A DNA stretch of 64,000 nt from Azolla caroliniana (taxonomy: Eukaryota; Plantae; Polypodiophyta), in contig JBHGNT010000013.1 in NCBI GenBank assembly GCA_043228905.1, forward strand, positions 3,782,001-3,846,000, in the 5' to 3' direction. A program made the position numbers and the translations under genes. The notes under the pieces were generated by a model, which was given only the letters and a program-made list of their open reading frames with translations, was not told the DNA's origin and ran no database searches. This document shows positions 38,111 to 49,911 of the stretch, in pieces (within the stretch, counting starts at the first letter, position 1; the number at the start of each line of letters is the position of its first letter).

Positions 38111-41002
38111 ATGGTACTATCAGAGGAGGCACGCCAATGGATGAGGGAGAACGGGTTAAAAGGATTGCTGCGAATCGCCGACGCTCCACCACACGCAGAA
38201 CCAGAGCAGGCGGCAACATCGATTGATTTATCAGAAATCACGGAAGGAGCGGTGTAGGCGCTCACGGCGATAAAAGCAGGAGGACTTCAAACAATCGAAA
38301 ACCCTTCAAGTGAAATCCTGTTCGAATATTTCGGTGAGTATTCTATCAGCAGCAAGGCATACCGAACACAGGGCGGAGAGAACCTGCTGTTCGGAGAAGT
38401 GGCCCGCGCCATGATGGAATACAGATTCGTGAATCCTCGTCCCCCAACCATAGCCAGGTATCGGGCAGCGTTCTTCATTGCAGCGTACGAAGGATTACAA
38501 GTGGACTGGCTCCATTTCATAACTGAAGGATTGAAGGAGGCCATCAAGAATCTTGTGGAAGGAAAAAAGCCATGGGCCGGGATAGTACAATGGCTACGGT
38601 GTTAGTCCCACCGGTGCTCCCCATCAAACAAAAGAAAAGAGGTCGGCAGGAGATGACGCCGAAAAAGGTCACAAAGCGCCGACAGATCCTGGAGAAACAC
38701 ACCCCCGGATGGACCCAACAAGAACCAGAACAACGGGGGGAAGGACCATCCCGACAGCAACAGGAACCGGCAACAAAGGCAAAACCGGCAGGAAAAGGCA
38801 AAGGGAAATCGGCCGAGGAGGAACCGGTAGCGCTCAAACCAATCAATATAACGCTGCGACGGCCGAAACCGGAACGCACCGGAGGAGGAAGCTGAAACAG
38901 AAGACTCATCCGAACCACTGGTAAGACTCCCAGCAAGACAAGGTCGGGAGAGACGGGCGAAAGGACTGGCTCCACCAGTTGACAAAACTCAGCAGAGGGC
39001 GCAAGGACCACCTCCAGTAGTTGAGGTGGAAGCAGTACCAGAACCCGTACCGAGGGAAGCAGCACCGACACCGGTTTTGCTGAACTTCAGAGAACCGGTC
39101 ATCCCAGAGAAGAGGAATGAACAAGCGCCGGAGCCAGAGAAAAGGCCGGAAAAACAGCCTGAGTTAAGGAGTAGAAGTGAGCAAGGCTACCCCGACACAG
39201 GAAGCACAAAGCCACAATGGCTGAGATGGCTTTCGGAGCAGTTATCGGGAGTAGCGGACCAGTTAGAGGAAGAAGAAACGTGTAGGCAACAGCTGACGCA
39301 TACAACAACTCAGGAGTTGGTCGCGCTCCGAACACAGATCGAGGAAATGCAAGGGGAGTTGTTGCAGGCAAGGGAAGGAATTCAACAAGGACAAGTTGTC
39401 ACCGAGCCGGTCGGGACAACAAGGAAGCAACCAGAACCGGAACCGGAACCGGAACCGGTAGCCTTGCAAACCGGCCCTGAGACCGAAAAAATAATAGAAA
39501 CCTTACGAGAGGAGTTAAAAGCTCAGGAGGCATTAAGGGAAAAAGAAAGGGAGCAGCGGAAAGCGGTGGAGGACGACAGACGGAAAATGGAAGAAGGCCT
39601 CCGGAAAGACCGAGCCACTAATGACCGACTGCAAGAAGAAAAAGAGAAGCTGCAAAAGGAGAAGGACTGACTGCGTCGACATGCCGAGCAGGAGATAGAA
39701 CGACTGCAGGAAGAATTCCAACAACAGAAGGACTGGGACGACTGGTTAAGAGCTCAGGCAAACCGACGCCTGAAGCAGAAGACGGAGGACTTCGACCGTC
39801 TCTACCGAGATCACAAGCAGGCCGAGTCGGACAACAAGAAACGGGTAGCAGACTACGACCGGCAAATAGAGAAGCTGAAAGAACAGCTCAAAGAGACCCG
39901 ATTAGACCTGGCTAAGACAATGGATGAGGTTAGTGCCAAAAAGGAAGCATTGTCGGCGGAAATAGCCCAAGCGACGGAGAGAAGGAAGGAATTAGAGGCG
40001 CTAAGGCGGGAAAAGCTGGATCTGACCAAGATCAGGAATGAAGAAAAGGAAAGATCGACCTTCACGATCAACAAACTGCAAAGTACCTATGAAAAGCAGA
40101 AAGCGGATTACGAGGCCCAGGCTCAGATAATGGCCGACATTATAAAACGGGCAAGGAAGGAAAAGCAAGAAGCTTATGCGCATGCTAAGGCGGGGGTTGA
40201 CCGGATCAAGCTCATCATGTCAGGTTGGAGTACCCGAGCTCAGGCAAGCATCAACGAAAGTACGGAAAAGCTATGGAAGGAGTGGTCACAATAGGCAGCC
40301 GAGCTGCAGACACTCCGAGCGGATGCCGAGAATCGGAGGAAGACCGGTGACAAGTTCTACAAGATGGATGAAGAAAGTATCGTCGCCATTCGGGAAGAAT
40401 TGTCGGAGGATTTCTACGCTTTAGCGGACGAACATCTTAAAGAAATCCAAGGGTTGATAGAGAGGTTGGATGACGGGCAGCTCGCAACTCAGTTGGAGTT
40501 GGAGAAATACGAGCAGGACCGGTTACGACAGGAAGCCAAGGGAAGAACGACGCCAATCACTATAAGTGAGGGAGAGCGACCGGCTGAAGTTGAACCAACC
40601 GACACCGAACAACTCCGACAAGGAATACCCGAAGAAGAACTTTTGTTCGAAGGAAATCAAGAAGAGCAGGAGCAGACCGATGCCGGAGAAGAAGAAGAGC
40701 TGAGACCGGAAGACACCAGAGTAGAGGAAGGAGGCGTACCGAGCCGACCAGTCGAGACCGGAGAAAGCGACACTGGTAACAGAACAGAGCCTGGAACGGA
40801 GGGAGAATAGGAAGAACCCGGACGAAGCGGTGAGGAAGCACCGGCACCACAAAATCAAGCAGAGCCGGAGCAGCAAATTTTTACGGAACAGCCAACCCAA
40901 CCGGAGGTCGGAGACCAGGTAGGCAAGGAACAAGAATTGGAGGAAGAAGCACCACTTGACACCATCAAGTAGAGTGTGCTCGATATTTTGGAGGAAGAAT
41001 GA
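38111..41002 (+). pseudogene. Extra sense ORF of the gypsy element (~960 codons): globular N-terminus, basic/Pro-rich linker, long coiled coil, acidic tail
   Basis: ORF pieces 38111-38257, 38399-38605, 39026-39670, 39920-40294 and 40364-40810 share one frame. They are separated by single TAG/TGA codons and one short frameshifted segment. TATATAAG at 37968. Confidence 0.78.
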
Positions 41003-41442
41003 GGCCGGGAGTGGATTCGAAGTGCAAGGCACTTTCCCACGGGCGTGCCATGTGTTGGCTGGTCAGAAGAGCAAGGACAAGTGGGAAGGCGGAGTCGGAT
41101 CGGATAATAGGAAGTAAATAATAGTAGAATTATTATTCGGAGGGACGGATCCGGTACAGTTGTACCGATCCGGATCCGGACCGATTCGGATGTCGGTTGC
41201 CTAAGTGCACCGATTGTAACCTTGCCGAATGCCTATAAAAGGATCCGATGATTTGTAAAGGGTTTGACGGAAGTAATACAAAAGTAATTATTGCGTGTTT
41301 ATCTGTATCTTCGTATTGTTTACCGTCTGTGCTTAATTGTAATCATCTTACGCGTGTAACCTAGCATCCAATCCTTACCACCCCTTTGGAGAAGTGTCAG
41401 ATAGACACCTGTGTTGAGGCTAGTCCGGCCAGGCAGACAACA

Positions 41443-44400
41443 ATTTTCCATCTATTTCTCTCTTACATTCTAAGTATCAATTAATACACTATACTCGTGG
41501 TATTCACGATTTTCATATCTTCCTTCAAATATATCTCTTTCTTGCAATCCATTCATAAGGAGACTTATCTCATATTCTTCTTTCTCCTAGTCCAAGACCT
41601 CAGTGGTTCCCCCCCGACTCACGCAACGATCTAGAGCCGAAAGGCACGACACAAGTGGTGAGCCCGACGTAAAGATGGGTGACAAGGAGATGGAAAATCA
41701 ATCGGAGGCTAACAACATGATGATGATGTTCGAGCGGATGCTTCAAGAACAACGTGCGATGTCGGAGATAGCGGCGGCAGTAGAGCGGCTCGTGCAACGG
41801 ATCGGGCAATTCAACGGTAAGGACGTATCACGCTATCCTCGGGACTACAAGGCGGAAATGATACGGTGTGGGATTTCGGAAGGACTGCAAGTGACATCCT
41901 TCAACCGGGTAGCTACCGACGGGCTTCAAGCAAGTATTCACGGGCTACGACAACAAAATCTGACGTGGGAAGCGTTTGAAGAAGCGCTAAAGACCACGTT
42001 CGCTATCGATGACTCCTCCAAGGCAACGCGGAGAGGATTTGAGGATTGGGTGGAAACGCCGAACAAGGGGATGAAGGTCCGCGATGTGTTTTCGGCATTC
42101 GAAAGTCGGTTCGGGAGGTTTTCTACGAGAGATCAACCTATCATCGCACCGGACAAAGTTATCATGTTCTTACGAGCCGTAGGCGTCCGGGACCAGAAGG
42201 ATCTTGGAGTGCTTCTAGAGGACACAACTACCGAGAGTGGCCTCACCGAAACATGGGAAAGCGTGCAGGATATCGTTGCACGATACACAAAAAGGGGGCA
42301 ATGGCTTGCCAATGAAGAAAAGAGGGTTCGGAACCGATTCCGAAATCGAGATCTGGATCGGAAGACCATCAACCGTGGGCTCGGGAGAGTACGACCGAGA
42401 AGGGAATCGACGCAACCACGGTGGAGCAATTGCTGAAGGAGATGGAGAATCTGAAAATTAAGATGGTGAAGAAGACAGAAGACCGTCCCACAAGTTCCAA
42501 AAACATGGATCATCAATGCATATGGTGCGATACCACCAAACATGATCAGAGAGATTGTGACGACCATAAGGAGGCGCTACGACGGGATCTTATCTACTAC
42601 GAGGGAAATTGGATTCATTCGATGGATTCTCTGAAGCCACTCCGATCGAACTTCCGGAAAGGTGGCATGAAGAAGGTCCTAGAGGAGGAGATCGCGGCGA
42701 AAGACAATTATGCGACAATCGCGGGAATACGTGTGGGGGAGTCATCTGCAACAAATGCGTCTTTTTGGCCGGAAGTGTTAGAAATTTCGAAGAAAGCCGA
42801 CCATGATGAAATCCGAAGCGCCGCGGAATGTATCCGGGAAGCTACGGGATGGGAGTGCCCCATAGATAAGAATAGCGTACATGAGCTATGTCAATTGCAT
42901 GAAGTGTATGTGGATGAAAAACGACGGCGCACGGATGATGCGGCCGGACCATCAAAGACACCGGAAAGCTAGAACTCTGGAGGGAGGGGAAAAGAAAAGA
43001 CGATTTCGGCATTCAAGCTCGCCTCCGAAATCGAACAACAAACGGACTTGAAAAGTGTGTTCGAAGAGAGAATCCTCGATAGCCGGGTAGAATTTTCGGT
43101 TTGGGAATTACTCGGAATAGCGAAGAAGGAGTTCCACGATCTTTTGTGGATCTAGTGAAGAGAAAAAGACAAAGTACGGAGCGAAATGCGCCGATGGTGA
43201 ATGCAAATACCGTTCTGATGAACGACACCGAAGTGGAGGACGAGATTCCGAATTCCCACTATACAAAGCCGCACTAGGCGCATGCAACTATTGAGACTCC
43301 GGTCCAAATCGGCAACATCAAAGTGTCTGTCCTTGCATTGATTGATAACGGATCGGAGATCAATTGGATGTCTAAGGAGTTCTACCGGAAGGGGAAGTGG
43401 CCTATTAACACCAATCATGGATTGAGGATTCGGGCGGCCACTAAAGCAACGGAAGATCTATTTGCGGCTTGTCCGGATGTGACGGTGAAGATCGGGGATG
43501 TTGAGATCGACCAAAATTTCTTCGTACAAGAAGAGGTCTCACACTCCGTGATCCTCGGGCAACCCTTTATCACGGCTTCACGGATGGAGACAAAGTTGTT
43601 CGATAGCGGTGTGGCTTTCGAATGAATTAAGAGCCAAAGCGGAGGGAAATCTGTCCAATTCCTAGCTGTGCCGGCAAATCATGAAAGGAACAAGAGACAT
43701 CACTACCATGTAGACACCGATAGGATTAGTCCGGATGTGTATGCTACCACGAAGCACGACGAACTCGGTCGCACATATGATGAATGCAATGAACAAGGTG
43801 CTTCGAGACTGCATTCCGGAGATAACGATGCCGTTCCTAGATGACATTCCAATGAAAGGATGCGTGGTAGAAGAAAAAGATGAAACTATGGATGATCGGG
43901 GATGCCGAAAGTTCGTAGTCAACTATATTCGTGATTGCGAGAAAGTGCTGCGAAAATTAGAAGATGTGCACCTAACACTTTCCAGTGAGAAATGAGCATT
44001 CGGGCAAGAAGAAATATTGGTAGTCGGATATCTATGTGGGCCCTACGGCCGAAGACCGTCACCAACCAAGATCGATGCAATTCAAGCTATGAAAGAAGTA
44101 TGCGAGTCACAATCCGAAGTCCGAAGGTTTTTTAGAGCATGTGCATTCTATCACATATGGATTCTGCACTATGGATATATTGCGGACCCACTCTATCACT
44201 TGTTGCAGAAGGGTAAGAAGTTTGAATGGAAACCGGGGCATACCAAAGCTGTGAAAAAGCTCAAGAAATCACTATGGAGGGCAAAAGCACTAAAGAAGCC
44301 GAACTATGACTGACCGGTTATAGTAACGGTTGATACAAGCCCAACCGGGATCAGATGGGTCATCAATCAAGTCGACTCGGATGGTTTGCGATATCCGATC

Positions 44401-45601
44401 CAATATGGAGCAAAGGTTCTCAATGAAAGGCAGCGCGGATATGCACAAGTCAAAAGAGAATTATGGGGAGTCATGTCGGCAATCAAATCAGATCAAGATT
44501 ATTTGATCGGAGCTGAAGTAGTGATCGAAACGGATTGTCTTCCGATACTCGGGATGATGCGGTGTTGCATGATACTAGATGTGGCTATGCTAAGGTGGAT
44601 TGCATCTGTTAAGTCACTTAATCCGGAGGTATGACATATCTCCGGAAAAGACAACGCGATAGCGGATATGCTATCAAGCGGCAAGTCCGAAAGTTCTTCT
44701 TGAAAAATGGGTTAATATGGACGGAGCCGAAAAGACCGGATGACATACCACTTCGGGTAGTTGGGACGAAAGAGCAACGAAACCGGATAATGTCCGATTT
44801 TCACGAATCCGATTGGGCTGGACATCGAGGAACGTGAGCAACTTTGTGAAAATCAAACAAAAATATTGGTGGAAGAGAGATACATGTACAAAGATATAGC
44901 GGAGTTCACGGAAAGCTGCGAGAAGTGTCAAATCTACTCCGGAGTTCGACACCGAGATGAGTTACATCCGACATTCTCACCGACAATCAACTTCAATTGG
45001 ATGGTCGATATTGTAGCCATGCCAACCGGGATCAGACAAAAGAAGTACTTGGTGTTAGCTCGGGAAGATCTCACAAACCAAGTAGAAGGTCGGGCGCTAA
45101 GCAGGAAAACGTGTTCTGCGGTATGCCAATTTGTTTTGGAGGAGGTGTTTTGTAGGTACGGGTGCGTAGGACAAGTGATTGCGGATCGGGGAGAACTCAA
45201 CTCTGATAAAGCTAAGGAATTCTTCACCAAACATGGAGTTCGGTTAACACGAACAATGGCATACAATCCGGACGCCAACGGGAAAATCGAACGAGGACAT
45301 AGTTCGATCGTCAAACCACTTGCCAAAGCATGCGACGGAAGGGTGAAGGATTGGCCGCAGATGCTCCCGTATGCACTATGGGTGGATCAGACGACGCATA
45401 GCTCCGTAACCGGTTACATGCCGACAGAACTCATGACCGGACAAGCACCGGTAATGCCAACGGAAACCGCGATCGCGACATGGACAGTGCTACCGTGGAA
45501 GGAAGAGATGAGCCGGGAAGAACTACTAGCAGTCTAGATACGACAACTAGAGGGAAGACTGGAAGATGTACCGGAAGCAATACACCGACGATAAGAAGCG
45601 C
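41443..45601 (+). mobile_element. Ty3/gypsy with fungal Ylt1-like motifs, copy 1: partial 5' LTR (41443-41651), PBS, gag-pol with internal deletions, cut in integrase
   Basis: LTR end GGCACGACA, then TGGTGAGCCCG; gag FNGKDVSRY; protease ALIDNGSEIN; RT IPEITMPFLDDIPMKG; integrase VLAREDLTNQVEGRAL. Confidence 0.88.
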
Positions 45602-46349
45602 TGTCATGCCTTTCGGCTCCGGATCGTTGCGTGAGTTGGGTGGGAACCACTGAGGTCTCGGACTAGGAGAAAGAAGAATATGAGATAAGTCTCCTTATGA
45701 ATGGATTGCAAGAAAGAGATATATTTGAAGGAAGATATGAAACTCGTGAATCCCACAAGTATAGTGTATTAATTGATACTTAGAATGTAAGAGAGAAATA
45801 GATGGCAAATCGTGAATCCCATGAATATATTAGATTGATCAATGCTTGTAAATTAATCAACAACCGCTATACATCTTTCTCTCTTCCTTCTATAGTGTTG
45901 GAAGAGTCTAAGTTTATCACATGCAAGCATCATGGTTTTCCTAACTTTAGTTTTCATGCACATTGCATGTGTATGATTAGCTTTCTATCCCATCTTTTCT
46001 TTTAACTCGAGTGTGTATGCATGAATAACTTTTAGTACCATGCATATCTAGAATATTTACTTGGGATAAAGTTTAGTATAACTTTAAGATTCATAATATG
46101 CTGGTATAGTGGTAAGGCTTAAAAATCGTTAACATGGAGGTATAGGGTTCGAATCCTGCCCTATGCATGTAACAATATTTTCTTCTAGATACAAATTTGT
46201 CTCTTCATCCTGTTCTCACCGGTTTCTTCTTATCGATTCCATCCTTCATCCGGTTCTCACCGGTTCCTCCGTACCGATTCCTCCTTGCCGATTCCATCCG
46301 GAGGGACAAAAATGTAATTTTCACGTAGTGTGTGAATTATACTACGACG
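45602..46349 (-). repeat. 3' LTR of Ylt1-like copy 2 (contains an AT-rich/tRNA-like segment)
   Basis: 45602-45810 is the reverse complement of 41443-41651. The other end abuts the PPT (terminal TG reads CG). Confidence 0.8.
46100..46167 (+). other. Degenerate tRNA-like (Pol III A/B box) sequence, SINE-head-like
   Basis: A box TGGTATAGTGGTAAG and B box GGTTCGAATCC at tRNA-like spacing; no convincing cloverleaf. Confidence 0.55.
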
Positions 46350-48999
46350 CTCGCCCCCTTCAGACCCGCACATCCTTCGGTATGTGCCGAAGTTCCCGAT
46401 GCTTGTTGTTCCTCTTCATCTGTAGCATTCTCAGATTCTTCCCGTATGTCGATTATCAATCGAAGACCACTTTCTTCACTTTCCGCATCACCATGATCTT
46501 TGTCCGATTGCTCCTCGTTGTCGGTCTTGTGTAAGCTTGCATAAGGTTCTTTGTCAGTTTGCTTCTTGAAAATCTTCACCTGTCTCCCTGTTATAGGCAT
46601 TCGTAGTACTGTTCCATCCAACTCGCATAGTCGATAAGTTCCGTTGTCGAAAACTTTCCGATCCTCGTATGGCCCGAACCACCTTTTAGTGAACTTCCGT
46701 ATTGTTGTATGTTGATGATCCAAACTACTGTCATAGACAATCACCCAATCTCCTTCTTCAATCTTTTGCGGTCGTAGTAGGTGCTTTGTGTCGAACCGGC
46801 TTTTATTCCGGAATCGCGCTTCTTGTTGTCGGCGTATTGCTTCCGGTACGTCTTCCGGTCTTCCCTCTAGTTGTCGTATCCGGACCGCTAGTAGCTCTTC
46901 CCAGCTCATCTCTTCCTTCCATGGTAGCACTGTCCATGTCGCGATCGCGATTTCCGTTGGCATTACCGGTGCTTTTCCGGTCATGAGTTCTGCCGGCATG
47001 TAACCGGTTACAGAGCTATGCATCGTCCGATCCGCTCATAGTGCATACGGGAGCATCTGCGGCCAATCCTTCACCCTTACGTCGCATGCTTTGGCAAGTG
47101 CTTTGACGATCGGACTATGTCCTCGTTCGATTTTCCCGTTGGCCTCCAGATTGTATGCCGTTGTTAGTGTTAACTGAACTCCATGTTTGGTGAAGAATTC
47201 CTTCGCTTTATCAGAGTCGAGTTCTCCCCGATCCGCAATCACTTGTCCTACGCACCCGTACGTGCAAAAAACCTCCTCCAAAACAAATTGGCATACCGTA
47301 GAACACGTTTTCCTTCATAGTGCTCGACCTTCTACTTGGTTTGTGAGATCTTCCCGAGCTAACACCAAGTACTTCTTTTGTTCGATCTCAGTTGGCATGG
47401 CTACAATGTCGACCATCCACTTGAAGTGGATTGTCGGTGAAAATGTCGGATGTAATTCATCTCGGTGTTGAACCCCGAAGTAGACTTGACACTTCTCGCA
47501 GCTTCCTGTGAACTCCGCTATATCTTTGTACATGTTCTTCCACCAATATTTTTGTTTGATTTTCACAAAAGTTGCCCATGTTCCTCGATGTCCAGCCCAA
47601 TCGGATTCGTGAAATTCGGACATTATCCGGTTTCTTTGCTCTTTTGTCCCGACTACCCGAAGTGGCATGGCATCTGGTCTTTTCGGCTCCCTCCATATTA
47701 ATCCATTTTTCAAGAACTTTCGGACTTGCCGCTTCTTACTTTGGATCTTGGCTCTCTTCTCTTTATTGTCTGATGATCCCTCGATTTCTTGTAGCACTTT
47801 CCCGATTAGCAGGCTTTCTCCCTCGTATTCTTCTTCCCGGAATTCTCGGATTACGTTCACCCGACATATGTGCTCCGAAGCAAAGTAGTCTTCGGAAACT
47901 TCTTCATTATCGGATTTGGTTATGTCGTCTCCGAACCGCGCCCTTGATAGCATATCCGCTACTGCATTGTCTTTTCCGGAGATGTGTCGTACCTCTGGAT
48001 TAAGTGACTTAACATATGCAATCCATCTTAGCATAGCCACATCCGGTATCGTGCAACACCGCATCATCTCGAGTATCGGAAGACAATCCGTTTCGATCAC
48101 TACTTCGGCTATGATCAAATAATCATGATCCGATTTGATTTCCGACATGACTCCCCATAATTCTCTTTTGACTTGTGCATATCCACATTTCCTTTCGTTG
48201 AGAACCTTTGGTCCGAATCGGATCGGATATCGCAAACCATCCGAGTCGGCTTGATTGATGACCCATCCGATCCCGGTTGGGCTTGTATTAACCGGTACTA
48301 TAATCGGTTGGTCATAGTTTGGCTTCTTTAGTGCTTTTGCCCTTCGTAGTGATTTCTTGAGCTTCTTCACGGCTTTGGTATGCTCCGGTTTCCATTCAAA
48401 CTTCTTACCCTTCCACAACAAGTGATAGAGTGGGTCCGCAATATGTGCATAGTGTGGTATCCATATGTGGTAGAAGGCACATGCTCCGAGAAACATTCGG
48501 ACTTCGGATTGTGACTCCCATACTTCTTTCATAGCTTGAATCGCATCGATCTTGGTTGGTGATGGTCTTCGGCTGTAGGGCCCACGTAGATGTCCGACTA
48601 CCAATATTTCTTCTTGCCCAAATGCCGATTTCTCACCGGAAAGTGTTAGGTGCACATCTTCTAATTTTCGAAGCACTTTCTCGCAATCACGAATCGAACT
48701 TTCGGCATCCTCGATCATCCATAGTGTCATCTTTTTCTTCTACCGTGCATCCTTTCATCGGAATGTCATCTAGGAATGGCATTGTTATCTCCGGAATGCA
48801 GTCTCGAAGCACCTTGTTCATTGCATTCATCATATGTGCGACCGAGTTCGTCGCGCCTTGTGGTAGCGTACACATCCGGACTAATCCTATCGGTGTCTGC
48901 ATGGTAGTGATGTCTCAGCTCTCCACAACTAGTTGGAATTGGTCATACCCCGCCCAAGTATAGCTCTCCGATGGAGTATATCGCACGACCGGCAAATGC

Positions 49000-49284
49000 T
49001 GTCGAATACAAGTGTATAATGGACGTATTCACACTATCCCTTCGGGCCATTTGTGTAATTAGCATAAATGGTAGTTGCCCTAAGTCGGTCACTATATATA
49101 GTGACCTTGTAACCTTCTTGTAAGGTTGGGTGTTGTATTATTGCTTTGTGGAATAAAGAGTCTTTTGTGTCTCTCTCTCTCTCTCTCTCTCTCTATGCAA
49201 CGACCTAGAAACTGTCATACGCAGGTACTCAACAGCAATCGAATGCTTCTTGATCTTCCGCATAGACGACCTTGTTCCCCAACA
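49000..49284 (+). repeat. Copia 5' LTR (285 bp)
   Basis: TGTCGAATAC...CCCCAACA followed by PBS. Confidence 0.96.
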
Positions 49285-49911
49285 TCTGGTATTAGAGCCT
49301 GCACAGCATTCGGTCCTTCAATCCGCTGTCGGCCGTCGTCTCAGCCTGCACAGCATTCGGTTTCTTGCGTCATTCGAAGAAGAGAGAAGAAGAAGAAAAA
49401 CGAGGCTCGCATCTCATCGCGTTAGATCATCTTCACTTGGAGTAAGCCAGCAGGTTGTACTCTGTTCCTTGTGATCGTAACCACTCGAGGTGAAATCCCC
49501 CTGTGCAACATTGACACGATCGTGCTCCACTCGGTTAAACGGCATCCGAAGAGGTCATCAAACGCCGCTCATTGTAACCACTCGGTGCAGATCGGTCTCA
49601 AGACACTCTCGTCGCTGCAGCCACCCGAAGCAGAATCGGTCCAGACAATCGGTTTCAATAATCGGTATTCGGTATATATATCTGAAGCGAACCGGGCTCA
49701 CTCCGACTCGGAACCATTTGGGAAGACCAGTCGGTTCTGTCCCTCAAGTTACCGGAGTCAATTCGAGCAAGTTCAACAATACATATATTCGAAGCCGAAC
49801 CGACTCGGGTTCAAATCCGACTAGAACGATATCGGGTGAGCCAACCGGCTGCACTCCCACAAGGTTCGTAGTCAACTCCGAACCGAGCTTCGTTAACCGA
49901 AACCAAATTTG

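Larger units (their letters stand above)
32960..41442 (+). mobile_element. Ty3/gypsy (Phygy-like), 5'-truncated: gag-pol, large extra 3' ORF, 3' LTR
   Basis: Gag knuckles, protease IIDGGSG, RT FLDD, RNase H, integrase HCG..GH..CDLC / WGLDFVGPF / WTGPF. Extra ORF 38111-41002. LTR-like end with CCTATAAAAGG terminating ...AGACAACA at ~41442. Confidence 0.92.

Noticed and set aside
38111-41002. Interpretation of the extra ORF as a retroviral-type envelope
   Set aside because: No signal peptide or transmembrane segment seen; the composition is charged coiled coil.
46100-46167. Functional tRNA gene
   Set aside because: A and B boxes are present, but the acceptor and anticodon stems do not pair convincingly.
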